From Geosiphon pyriformis uo1 (lineage: Eukaryota > Fungi > Glomeromycota): a DNA stretch of 64,000 nt. The notes under the pieces are model-generated. The model searched no databases and was not told the DNA's origin. It was given only the letters and a program-made list of their open reading frames with translations. The position numbers and the translations under genes were made by a program. The stretch lies in the NCBI GenBank assembly GCA_016748015.1, contig JAAOMT010000735.1:186001-250000 (forward strand), written 5' to 3'. Below, in pieces: positions 1-12,469 of the stretch. The stretch's first letter is position 1; each line of letters opens with the position of its first letter.

Positions 1-790
1 ATGATCCCAAGAAATTTTGAGGAAGTGGAGGTCTCCCTAAAACCATCAATTTGATAAAAAATTTTTTTGATTGCAATTAACTTATTACTATTTGTTTTTT
101 CAAACACAGCAGACAACTTAACATCCAAAGCGAATGATTTAACTGATTCAAAGCTACATTTCTTTAGGACATGTAACTTGGCAGATGAAAGCTAATTGGA
201 TCCAACAAATTTAGGCACCAAGAACACCAACTCAATATTGTTATTACTCATATGGTCAAATAAAGACTGCTTTGGCAGGTTGCCCAGTACATATGTCTGT
301 GTGCAAGTCTTTTTTGGTGTTGTTTTATCCATATTATTGTCCTTACCAAATTCAGCATAGCTGGTTTCTTTAGTGACTGTGTTCTCCATATTTTTAACAT
401 CCAAAAGACCACTCACACTACTAGAAACACTGCCAACTTTGCTTTTCCAGGGCACCACAGGCTTAACACTGGCATTACCAATATCTATCAAGCTCAGAAA
501 GCCAGCAGACAAATCAACCACATCACTGGCCACAGACATCTTCAGCTTTTTAAACAATAGACCACAAAAGTACACACTATTCACATGAGCTTTTTTTTGT
601 CACTAGACTAGATTTTTACTCCAGCCAAACCAGCACCAAAACTACCAGCAAAAGCATCTATCAGATCTATAGCAACAAAAGAAAGAAAGTTAGAAGAAAT
701 AATTAGAAAAAAAACAAGAAAAAGGAAAAAAAAGACTAATTAAAACTTTGATAAAATTTTGTTTTTGTCATGGTCAGAGAATTGACAAGA
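1..790 (-). mobile_element. 5' end (5' UTR and degenerate ORF1 N-terminus) of a LINE, cut by the window start
   Basis: ORF 192-584 continues past stops into FALDVKLSAV...KKIFYQIDGFRETSTSSKFLGI. This is homologous to FALDINLSAV...RKLFLIINGFGGATTPSKFEGII in ORF1 of the LINE at 11537-11944. The 5' boundary is approximate. Confidence 0.75.
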
Positions 791-799
791 GAAAAAAAA

Positions 800-3290
800 A
801 ATTTTTTGTTTTTAAAATTATTAAAGTATTTTTTATTTTTTTAAAAACTTAATCTACTATTTAAATATAGAATTAAAAGCTATTAATATAAATATTTACA
901 CTACTTATTTTTAAAACCTTGACTAAAATATTATTAAATTTTATAAAACAAAATATTTTGTTAATTTGTAATTTGTTTTTAAATTAAAATCTAACCAAAA
1001 ATTAGTAATAAAGTAAAAAAAAACATTAAATTAATTTAAACAATTTTTAATATACTTAAAACAACAGCCAAATATTTGTAAATATTAAAACAGAAAATTA
1101 GTATTAAATTACTACTTTCAATCACATTTTTTTTAGTTTTGTTTACATAAACACAATATTCAACTCATTATTCAACTATTTTTCAAAATTAAAAGACTTT
1201 AATTTACCAAAAAACCCAATACAACAACTAAATTTAATTTATACAAGTATTAATTTTCTTAATTATTTAGTAAAAAACCAAAATAAATAATTAAAAATTT
1301 TAACCAATAAAAAAACTATTTCTAAATTAATTGAAAAAAGTAAAAAAATTACAAACAATAAAAAAATGAAAAAATAGTTATTATTTATATTGCAAAAATT
1401 TTAAAATTTTCAAAAAAAGTAGTTTTTAAAAATAACTTAACAAAATTACAAAAACAAAAAATACAAACAAATAAAATATAATAAGAATACTAAAAAAAAA
1501 TTTTATTTTTTATAAAAAACTATAAGTAAATAATTTAAAAACTTAGTAATACTTTTTAAAAACTAAAACACATTCAAAGTTGTCTTTTTTAAACAATAAT
1601 ATTTTAATTATTCTTTTAAAATATTAAACAAAAACCAATAAAATCTGTTATAAATTATTTTAAATAATTCAATAAACTTTTTTGAAGAATGAAATAATTA
1701 GAAACCAATAATTATTACTTTAATGTTTAAATTTTGGATTAATTTACTGCTAAATTAAAAGACAAATTAATTAAAAAAGTTTGATCATACACTTTAAAAA
1801 ACTTAGTCATTACTATTTTATATATTAAAAATTACAAAATAGTTATAAAAAAAACAAATTAAACTAAATTTATTAGCTTTGTTATTAAAAAAACAAGTTT
1901 AACAATATAAAAAAAAATTGATCAATTAATTAAAAAGTAAAAAATTATTTTACTAACTAAAGTATTAATTATTACAATTATAAAATTTAAACAACTTATT
2001 TTTATTAATTAATAATTAATTTTAAAACTTAAATTATTATTATTGTAAAATTCTAGGATATTAAAAATATAATTACAAAAAAATACAAAAATTAATAAAA
2101 ATAAAATAATTAATATTATTTTTTTTAATAATAGTAATTATATTATTTATTATTATTATTATCTATTTATTATTATTATTATCTATTTATTATTTTTTAA
2201 AATCTTAACTTAGTTATTATTAGAATATTTTATTATTAATTATTTTTAATTTAAAACTATTAATTATTAGCAAAAAAATTGTTTTTAATTTAATAATAAT
2301 AAAATTAATCTTAATAATTAATTGGTTTTTTATAATAATAAATAACAATTATTCAAATATTTTTATACTTAATTCAATTATTTTACAATATTTAAAGACC
2401 AGAATTTTTACCAAACTATATTTTTAAAAAGTAAAGCTACAGTATATTAACAAAAATTTTTTTATACTATAATTTTATTAATAAAAATAGCCAAAAATGT
2501 TAATTTATCAAACATATTTTTATTTAAATTTAAAGCCAATAAATTACTATTTTTATTTAACAATATATTTGTTTTAAAACAAAAAGTAATTACAATATAT
2601 ATACTAAAATTAAAGTTAAAAAAAATTAATTTGCTTAATTTTAAACAATAAATTTACTAAAAATATTATTATTATTATTTAATTATTAATATAAAAACTA
2701 CAAGAAATATGGTCTGATCAACTTAAATAGTAATTATTATAATTAATAGTATAAAAAAATTAATAATTTTCTTTTTATAATTAATAAAATTACTATTTTA
2801 GTTAAAATTTTTATTATGAATATACTTTAATATTAAGTTCTTATTAAAAATAATTAACTTCTCAAAATTAATACAAATCTAAATTAAAAAATCCAAAAAA
2901 TTAAAAATTTTCTATTAAAAACAATATATTAAAGTATCTGTTATTTGTAATACTTTAATAAACACTTTAAAAAAACTGATTATTAAAACTTATAAAGCAT
3001 TTAACTTTTAGTTTAATTAGATTAAAAAAACTAAACATTAATTATTCAAAATACCAAATAATAATTAACACTTTTATAGTTTGAAAATTTAAATTAATAA
3101 TTTATATTAACAAACAAATAAACTAGTAATTAGTATATTTTATACTTAAAACCAATATTATAAAAACAACTAGTATATATTTGATTTAAATATAAAAATT
3201 GCAACAAAAAGCTTTTATTTATAAAAGTTTATATATTATTTGACAAAAATTATATTACTATTATAAAGTTTGTTATTAAAAATAATTTAA
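800..3290 (+). mobile_element. Hypermutated Ty3/Gypsy retrotransposon, part 1 (gag, CCHC knuckle, aspartic protease)
   Basis: 2035-2076 reads YYYCKILGY*KYNY, a C-x2-C-x4-H-x4-C knuckle after reverting transitions. 1686-1930 reads LETNNYYFNV*ILD*FTAKLKDKLIKKV (gag-like). 2762-2960 reads NNFLFIINKITILVKIFIMNIL*Y*VLIKNN*LLKINTNLN*, which reverts to retropepsin C-terminal DNFPFTIDGITIPVKVLVMDAPQYQALVGNDWL. Confidence 0.75.
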
Positions 3291-5580
3291 GTTATATTTT
3301 TAATACTCTTTGTCTCCTTAATTTTATGACCATGATCAGAGCAAAGAGTAAAAAAGCTGTACCTGATATCTGTTCTAAGATATCTAATAAAATTTTAACC
3401 AGAGAAGCTCTCTCTGTTGTAAAAGCAACTAGGCAGAACGTTTTAGAAGTCTTCCCTTTACCCAGTAATTGTAATAAGCTGTGGCCACTAAAGCAATTTC
3501 CTTATCTTTGACTGGTTTCTCACCAATCAAAGTTTTCTCAAAGAAACACACTTGAGTTAGTCCCACTGTTGCCTCTACTCCAACTAAAAGCCCAAAAGTT
3601 TTTAATAATAGACCAGTAAATAAGCTGATTTTTCCCTTTATAGATTCAACTTTTGGTGTTGCTAGCACCACCTCTTCAAAAAAAATGGTCAAAAAGACCA
3701 AAAGTTCAGAAAAATGGGGGCAGTTGCTTGCTTCTGCTATTATTACATTGAATCTCTTTGTGGTTCTCAATGAGATCTTAGATAAGATCTTTATAACATC
3801 ATTTGACATGTCCTTCAAGATGGACCAAGATCAACCACTGGCTATATTGCCAAATGTAGTGTCTTCTGGCAGATCATCACTGGTTTTAGAAACAAAACAA
3901 TCTCCTTCTGTTGGGTTATCTGTTCTTAAAAACTGGGCTGATCAAATAGAAACCAAATCATCTTCTCCTCTAGTTTCTGGTGCTACTTTTGGTGATGCTT
4001 GGGAACTATTACTAGTCATCAAAGGTTTGCTGGGTGGGTGGTCTCCACTCTGGTGTCTGGTGCTATTTTCAAGATTAAATTGGCTCATGTTAAGACTGTT
4101 TTTCAGTCTGTACATGGTTTTTTGGATGCTAAATCTGTTTCAAAAGACAATGTGAAGCTTTTTTGTGTGGAGTTTGCTTCCCAAAACTCTTTAGATACTG
4201 CATTTTTAGTTGAGCTTACAAGCTCTGTTCATCTTGCCACTCTTAAAATTGCCAAGTCTTTGGTGGTTTCTGAGTCTGGATCTCCTTCTGCTGCTGTTGC
4301 ACTGTGTGATATGCCTTTGGGTGTATCTGCTACTGACATTAAGGCAGCTCTTAATGTTTTTGGTATAATTACTTGTGTTGTGCTGAAATCTGCTGGCATT
4401 TGACAATATGTGGCAGTTTATTTTGAGAAATTGGACTTTGTCATATCTGCTTTGAATCACTGGTCAGTATTAGTGGGCAAGAATAGTATTAGAATCCTTC
4501 CTTTGGTGAATCAAAATAAGACTATTTTGTCTCATGATAGGTTTAAGGCCAAGTTGGTCAACTTTCCTTTTGGCTGTACTGTCTTTGAAATTAGTAATAT
4601 GATTTCTCAGATTGGTGGCCTGACTTGTTTCATTCCTTGATCTCCTAATTTTGGTTGTTATCTCCACTTTATTCTAGTTACATTTGGCTCCCAAGCTGAT
4701 TTGAATCTTGCTGTTGCCAAAACTGGTATGCTTAGAAAGTGCCATGTCTGGTGGAAGACTCCTAATTGTCAGTGTTGTTTTCGGTGTTAAGAAATAGGTC
4801 ACTTGGCTGTAGATTGTAAAGTTGCTCTGTCTCCCTTTTTTAAGGCTTTTAAGATGTTTAAACCACATTTTGTTGGTTTTCTGTCTTATACTAAGACATC
4901 TGCTCCCCCTGTTATATCTGAATTTTTTTCTTTGGTGGCTTCCGCCCCTCTTGTGGCTGTTGTTGATCCTGCTGTTAGGTCCAGATTGGACTCTTTGGAA
5001 AAGCAAATTTCGAATTTGGCTGCTTTGGTAAAGTCTATTGTTGAGCCTGTTGGCTCTTTGGTTGTCTTGGTATCTCATCTCTTTGATAATAATGCTGTTA
5101 AGACTGTTCAGATTGAGAAAAATCTCCTTTTTATAAAATATGCTTCTAACAATTTTGCCAATCTTTTGGTTGGTGTGTCTAAGGACATTGCTTGTCTTAG
5201 ATCTGAAGTTGACTTTGGTGGCATGGATTATAATAATATACAGGCCACCAAATCTTCTTTACTAAGTGAAAATACTGTTAAGCATATTGTTGCTTTGTGG
5301 TAGATGTCAGGTCCTGAGGTTAGGAGTAGTGTTGAATTTACTAGATTGTTTCTTAGTGAGTTTATTTTTGATTCTAGGAATCTGAATGTTGTTATTGAAA
5401 AAATTCATGGGTTAGAATTATTTTCACCTCCTATTGTTTTAGCATAGTGTGTTCTTGACTGGTCCGAATGGCTGGTCACATATAGAAAATGCATGATTAG
5501 CACCTAATTTAGATTGATTCTTTGATGTATTGTTTTAGGTAGCTTTTGGGCTTCACTCATTAAACTATAATAAAAAAAAT
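3291..5580 (+). mobile_element. Non-autonomous ORF1-only non-LTR retroelement with A-rich tail and 12-bp TSD
   Basis: TSD AAAATAATTTAA at 3279-3290 and 5581-5592. One degenerate ORF1-like frame runs 3326-5447. The 3' UTR at 5445-5563 aligns with the 3' UTR of the neighbouring LINE. A-rich tail to 5580. No APE or RT sequence is present. Confidence 0.8.
3326..5447 (+). pseudogene. Degenerate LINE ORF1/gag-like protein (~700 codons; RRM-like region, CCHC knuckle, coiled coil)
   Basis: ORF fragments 3326-3511, 3685-4155, 3999-4403, 4410-4640 and 4803-5303 join across stops and frameshifts. Knuckle CFRC*EIGHLAVDC lies at ~4776-4817. HWSVLVGKNSIRI is homologous to RWSFLIGKDSVCV of the adjacent LINE ORF1. 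Heptad-like segment RLDSLEKQISNLAALVKSI. Confidence 0.75.
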
Positions 5581-5772
5581 AAAATAATTTAATCACTTTA
5601 AAAAATAAAAAATAAGATAATAAACTTGTAAACAATTATTTTTTTTTTTTTATTTTATTAATGAGTGCAGCCCAACCAAAGTCTAGAATAAGTTACAAAG
5701 AAAAGTAGCCAACTAAACATGGTTTACATATTTGCTACATGTGACTGACCACTTGAGCCAATCAAGACAACA

Positions 5773-8700
5773 CTACACACTTATAGAAACATTAACCCTA
5801 TGAACAGCACCAGACAAAAACAGGAACCTATCCCTAAAACTGAAACCAACATCAAGAGAATCCAACACACCAGTAAGACAAACCGTGCTAGCTGAGAGAA
5901 GCAGAACACCCACACCAAAAGCACTGGTCACAACAACATCATCACCAATCAAACCACTTCTCTCCATGTCAGATCTGAACTTAGTTCTAAAAAGCCAGAG
6001 GTTTGTTCTATGACTCTCAGCTAAATGATGGATGAAATCCATTACCACAAAGGCCACTTTCTTTTTGTCACTGAGAGAAGCAATGGCCTCATCCATCCAA
6101 CTTTTGAAAACAAATCCCTTGCAAAAAACCGAATACAAATCAACATTAGACACCCTCAAAGAGAGATCTCACAACACAAAAGATGGCAATAGTAAATCAG
6201 AACCCATCAGAGTTTTCCACAAACCACCAAAGTCACCCAAAATATCCAACCACACAGAAGCATCCTTAACACAAGTAAAGCCATGATCGGAGAGTTCCAT
6301 ATCACCACAAAATAGACATGCCACACCAGGGTAATCCTTATTATACAGCCTTTTTTGAACAGCAACAGGCAACTTGAAATGAACAGCTTTCATGAAGTAC
6401 ATACGAAGAACAGCAGTGGCTCAACACGTACTCCCAGAGAGCATATGAGAGTCAGGGTGCCAAACTAGAATGGTACTATTCCAATCAACAACCAGACCAA
6501 ACAAACAAGACAAAACCTCTTTGCCAGGACCCATTTCTCATTGAAACTTGCAAATAGAATGAAAAATGTCACATACAAAATGGCGGGCATTACCAGAAAC
6601 TGGCCTGTCATCAGCAACCACATATCTACAATTAACCCTGACAGGGAGAAAGATCCTAGAGTGTACAGCTTGTTCAGCAAAAACATCAGCCATAACATTA
6701 CTAGCAATGCCAGCATGATCTTTGACTTTAATCCAGTGGACAGTCAGATCTTTGGATTCAATCAAATCAACCACATAGCACCTTTCTATCCAGCAACTAT
6801 TGTGACAATCCGGCTGCAAGAGACCCAATTCGGCCACACATGCATCAATAGCCGCTTGACTATCTGTGTGCAAAGCCACTGAAACAGAGGCAGGAACGCA
6901 CTCCAGAGCCAAGGCAACAGTCTGTAATTCAGCCAGGGTCGAAGACAGCACACCATGTATCTTCACCCTTAAACCTTTGTTCAAGCTAAAAAAATAAGCA
7001 GCAGTCCCATATGCCACCTGAAATGTACCCAAGTCTCTAAAAGAACCATCAGTATAAACATTAATCTTATCAGCCCACAATCCATGAATCTCCTCAAGAA
7101 TATCAGTAAAAGACATTGAATCCAAAACACTAGCACAAACAGAAGCTAAACTCACAGGAAGGGGAGCATGCAAACAACTATTCAAATAAGTAGAGGCTTT
7201 CAAAAACCATAAAGACACAGGGCCTTTAGAACCAAGTCTTTTCCATCAGTAAAATGTATGCCAACTAACAACAGAACCTTTTTTGTCCAGAAGTTGGTCA
7301 CCATATGCCACACCAGCAATTTTCAAAAAGCGAACCACATTGAAATACAAAAGATCACCCAATACCAATGACATTGAGAAATGGCCAGGAGAGTGAAAGA
7401 CACAGAGAAGCCTGTTATCCAAAGACAGTTTGTTGTTAAGAAATATATGAACCACACTTGCTAGAAAATTGTTTGAAGTGTTCACTCTCAGCTTAACAGA
7501 ATATTGAAGAGAATTCAGTGGAGTCCAGCACAAAACCTGTAAATCCAAAAATTGATGTTTGAACAGACAGCCAAAAATTCCAGAAAAATTTGCAAATTGC
7601 ACAATAGAAGCTATCTTGCATTCAGCCTGCAACTGTTCAAAAGATTTCAGTCTATAAAGAGAGGGGTGGTGCAATGCCTCATTGGGAAAATCTCTCAGCA
7701 AATTGGCTTTTAACCTAAGACCTTTTCTAATCAGAACGTCCCATTTTAAACAAACAGCTTTGGAAACAAAACTAAATTGTGTTTGATAATTGACTATGGG
7801 CTGCAAAACAGCTGAAACCAGATAAGAGAATTGTTTATCAGAGACAGTCTTCCAGAGAATCATATTTGAGAAGAACCTAATATCTGAATTGGTTTTGGCA
7901 AGACTCAGCTTAGACAAACTATCGGTGGACAAGAAAATACCCAAATATCGATGACTCACACCAGGACTGGCAACAGCAATAGCCTGGCCATTGATAAATT
8001 AAACAGGAACCCCCACTTTTTTGTTGATAGGAATGGCAACTGTCTTTTCATTGTTTATGTTAATGTCATTAATGAAGAAAAACTCATTGGCTATATTAAG
8101 AATGTGCTGTGTAAAGGCCTGCCCATTTTCCACCCAAATAGTGTCATCAACAAAGGCGCCAGCTGCAAAAAAGAAGTTATACCCCCACTAGTCTCAATCC
8201 TTCCAGTCTTTGCCACAAAGTTTGAATTGATCCGATAACTACACAAATAATCTTGTCTCACAATTTCACATAACAAGGGGTCATAAAAAATTCTCCAAAG
8301 AAGAGGTGAGAAAACTTTACCCTAATCCAAACCATTAAGAACTTTGTATCCATCAGATAAACCAAAATCTGTCATGACTCTGTTGAAGCGATTGTTGTGA
8401 ATGTTGCCAAAAAACTTGATGAACTTGCCACATATTTTGATACGGCGTAAACTAGCTTCCAAATGAGGCCAACCAACAGAGTCATATGCTTTGCACATGT
8501 CTTGAAGAACCAGCCAAAGTTCATGGCCTTTTTCCAAAGCATCCTCCACAATTGAACCCACAGCTGAAATTGGTAACTAAGTGGAAGTGTCTTTGAGGAC
8601 AAAAAAGTTGTTACCACAGAGAACATCAAATTTACTACAAGCAAGAGAGATCTTGTCTGAAAGAACTTTTGACAAAATTTTTCTGGCTGTTTCAATCAAT

Positions 8701-10457
8701 ACAATAGGCCATGTATTTGACAAAATGCCATCCCAATCATAAGGCTTAGGAATCATGGACACCCAGGCCTCTTTCCAATGGACCGAAACATCACCAAACC
8801 ACAAACAAGAGTTTAGCAAAGACAATAAACACTCCAAAACCAAACAGCCAGCATGTTTCCAAAGTTCATTGGTGATGCCTGACAAACCAGCAGCTTTGCC
8901 ATCAGGAAGATTGCTTATAATTGAAGACATCTCACACATGGTAATATCACACATGACCAGATTAAAGACACCATTATTAACATAGACCAAAGGGGCATAT
9001 TGTTGTGCCCAGGGACCAGACAGAACAGGAAAAGCATTCTGCTTTCTGGTCCAATTAACCATAATGTTATCCATTTTGAGCTTCACTTCATTAGGTTCCA
9101 AAATAAGAGAATCACCAACAACCAAATAGTCTAGAACAACTTTGTGAAAGGGCCACTTCAAAATGCTCCGAATCATCCTACCTTTGTTCATATCAAACTT
9201 TTTCATACACTTATCAATTGTGTCTCTGATAGCAGATCTTTTGGCCACCTCAAATTCATAATATTTGGACTTTCTATATTGCTTTCTAACCTTTGAAAGA
9301 TGACTTATTAAGCCAGCAGAACTCACACCATCCCCAATTATACCATGAACTTTGGAAGCTTCGGAAGAGTCAGCTTTAAACCAAGTGTCAGCCAGATGAT
9401 TAAAGTCCAACATATCATCTAGTCTCAGCATCTTTAATAACTTGGCAACCAACAGCTCCAACCTGGAAAATTTAGAAGAAAGTTTATTCTTAGTACAATC
9501 AAATTCACTATACCAATGTCTTGAAAAAAAAATTTCAGCAAAAGCAGTCATGGCTTCAGCTAGTATCTCCCACATTCCATTCAAGTTGCCACCATCTTCA
9601 GCCATCTTGAATCTATTCAGAGAACCCAAAAGTGCACACTCAGAAAGTTCTTTGAAATGTGCCCACTTTTTCTCATCAACATCCTTAATCTTAAACTTTC
9701 AGCGATCCTTATTAGCATGCTTGCAGATACTGTTCAAACAAGCATCCAGAAAACCACCCAGTCCAATAGACATTGAGACAGCCAAGTGATCCATGTCCAA
9801 AAATTCTGAGACAGAACTAACATCACAATCCACAACAGCCGAAATCAAAGAGTTACTAACTAGAATATAGTCCAAAACCTTGCTAATGCCTCTTAAATTG
9901 CTTTAAGTAGGAATCCTAGCTAGAGAATGGCCACCAAAAACATTAACCAGACCCAAACCTAAACATTTTCTAAGACTTGCCCCCTTGACTGAATTGTTTT
10001 CATTAAAGTCTCCACCCAAAACAACAAAAGAACTTTTGTTGACAGTATCAGCAATGAATAAATTAATAACAGAAGTCTGAGCAAAATGGTCACCACCAGA
10101 TGCACAGGCATAAAGCCCAATGACAGACACAGAAAGCTTGTTCTTAAACAAAAAACAAATTGAAAGAACTCTGCTCTTCACTTCCTCAACTTTGGAAACA
10201 TGACGAGCCAGAGAATTGTTCACAAAAATGGCTACACTAGCCCCACAAAACCCAACATCCAGACCAGACATAAAAACCCAAACACCTTCAAATTTTTTCA
10301 TGATCCATGGTTGTGAACTAGAACACAACTTGGTTCCTGTAACAATCGAGATCGAACTACCAGATTCCTTATGCCAACAAAAAATGTCCTCCTGTTTTGC
10401 AGGATTGTTCATTTCCCTAACATTACACGTGGCAATTTTCCAAATAAAACTGGTTAT
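5773..10457 (-). pseudogene. LINE ORF2: AP endonuclease, reverse transcriptase, RNase H, C-terminal zinc finger; multiple stops and frameshifts
   Basis: APE motifs: ATCNVR, VTGTKL, VLGGDFN, LDYILV. RT motifs: GKAAGLSGI, WKEAWVSMIPKP, LQDMCKAYDSV, AFVDDTIW (~8137-8160). RNase H motifs: VYTDGS, LAELQ, TDSQAAI, WIKVKDHAG...N..AD. Zinc finger CLFCGDMELSDHGFTC. Confidence 0.93.
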
Positions 10458-12304
10458 TGTGACGAAGAGATAACCGAAGAACCTGAGTCAGCACACAATT
10501 GATCCAACTTAGCCAAAATTGAACCAACAGAGATGTCGAGGGCAACCAACTTTAATTCCAGACCACCAACTTTGGAAGTTAGGACTTTGGAACTACTCAG
10601 ACCCAAGAGCAAATCAGCAACATCTGAAGAGAAAGAAGTAGGCTGAACAACAAGATTATTAACTGCCATGTCAAAATCCAAGTCGGAGTTTGCAACCACA
10701 AGAGGCACAGAGGTTGGGGACTGAGAAACAACCACAGAAGGAACCATTTGAGAGGAAGGTGCCAAGGGTGTCAAACCAATATTGTCAAGATGAGAAAAAA
10801 TGTCCAAACTTGATCAGACAAAAGCTCTACAGAGCGTTCTAAAAGCACTAAGTGAGCACCCAAAGGAGAATTGACCACAGGTAGAGAGGAAGGTGCCCCA
10901 CCCGAATTCAAAGCACCAGAAGGCAGGGAGCTGGAACCAGAACCAGCATGAAAACCATGAAAAACTGAAGCAACTGAGACCACTTAAACCCAAGATTTGC
11001 CACCAAAGGCAACAAAACAAGAGATTGGTACATTCTTCTTTGGCCAGCTGGAGATAAGTATCTAGGTTGGCAGACTTAATAAAAAACTTTGAAGATTTAA
11101 GGACTGATACAACCTCAGCATCAGATTCCAAAACAGAATGACCAAACTTCCCACACCGTTCACAGTGAACCAAATCCAGCCTAGCCTATTAGAGTTTCAC
11201 ACCACCAAAAATTGGCTCTATGTGAAAAGCCAACTCCAAAACCTCATCAGAATCAAAACAAACAACAGCACAACAGATCTTATTACCAGTCTTCAATGAC
11301 CAATTTATAACACAAGTTTTTCCACCAGCCTTTTCAAGAAGATCCCCAAGATCATGAGCAGTAGTTCCCACCAGCAAAGTGAACAAAAGTGCTCTTAACT
11401 GATCTTTAGATGCCCAAGTTTTATGATTGCCCACTGCTATAGTTACACAAACCGAGTCTTTACCAATCAGGAAGGACCACCTAACAGCCAAAGACACAGT
11501 CTGTTCCAGTTCGGCAAATTCCACTACAGCCTTCTGCTATAAACCAATCAACTGAATTTTAATTGACTTAATTTTTTCAAACTCGGATACTGCAGCAATG
11601 ATCATTTCTTTTGATGTATCTATAAGAATTTCCTTGATTACTATGGCCCGATCTGAGTGAATTCCTTGTCTCTTAAGATCACTGTTTACTATGATGTTAT
11701 TTTCTCTGGCCAATAACACAGCCTTTTTCATGTTTTCTGACAAAGTAAATGTTGATCTGATGATCCCTTCAAATTTTGAGGGAGTAGTGGCCCCCCCAAA
11801 ACCATTGATTATCAAAAATAATTTTCTAATAACCTGAGTCTTGGCCGTCATCAATTTCTCCTCCACAGCAGATAGATTGATGTCCAAAGCAAATGATTTC
11901 TTCACAGCAACTTCTACTTGAGACTTAACAATTTTGGGGTCCACTTACACTTTTTCTAAAGAAAAAGACAAACGGAAAGGAAGAGAAACTTCCTTCTCAT
12001 CATCCATGTTATAATTAATAGAGCCGAGAGAGGAACTGACAGCTGCATCAGTATTGAAATGCTTCGCATTGGGTGTATTCATTTGGGAATTGGAAGTGGC
12101 TCTACCATCAGAGGCTTCTCCATCCATATCTATATTAGTAAATTGTATGTCCACACTAACAGATCCACCATCTTTGAGATTCTTATCTATACTTGAATGT
12201 TCAACACTATTGAGAGGCTTTTTGACTTTTTGAGTTAAACCACCACCAACTGAACCAGCAGATAAGACTCTAACAGACTTTTTCTTAGCACTAGGACCAC
12301 TCAT
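10454..12304 (-). pseudogene. LINE ORF1 (nucleic-acid-binding protein with RRM-like region, zinc knuckle, coiled coil); interrupted
   Basis: The ATG of MSGPSAKKK is at 12304. Fragments 11945-12304, 11537-11944, 11189-11524, 10814-11173, 10771-10983 and 10454-10807 follow. Knuckle remnant CERCGKFGHSVLES. It lies directly upstream of ORF2. Confidence 0.85.
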
Positions 12305-12469
12305 AGTGGCAGCTGGGTTAACAACAAAAGGGTTTGATTTTTGTAAAATAGTGGAAGACAGTATGCAAAAACAGAAAAAACTTCTTTCAAAATTTGACTC
12401 TTTTTTAGAAATTTGGGACAAAGGAGAGAAAAAAGTTTTTAATGCTTTTATTATATATATATACAATCT

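Larger units (their letters stand above)
5641..12469 (-). mobile_element. Full-length but inactivated LINE (~6.8 kb): ORF1 plus ORF2 (APE-RT-RNase H-CCHC), poly(A) tail
   Basis: Poly(T) on the + strand at 5639-5651. ORF1 and ORF2 remnants are colinear. A possible low-complexity TSD TTATTTTTT lies at 5636-5644 and 12470-12478. The host Gypsy reading resumes at ~12470. Confidence 0.93.
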
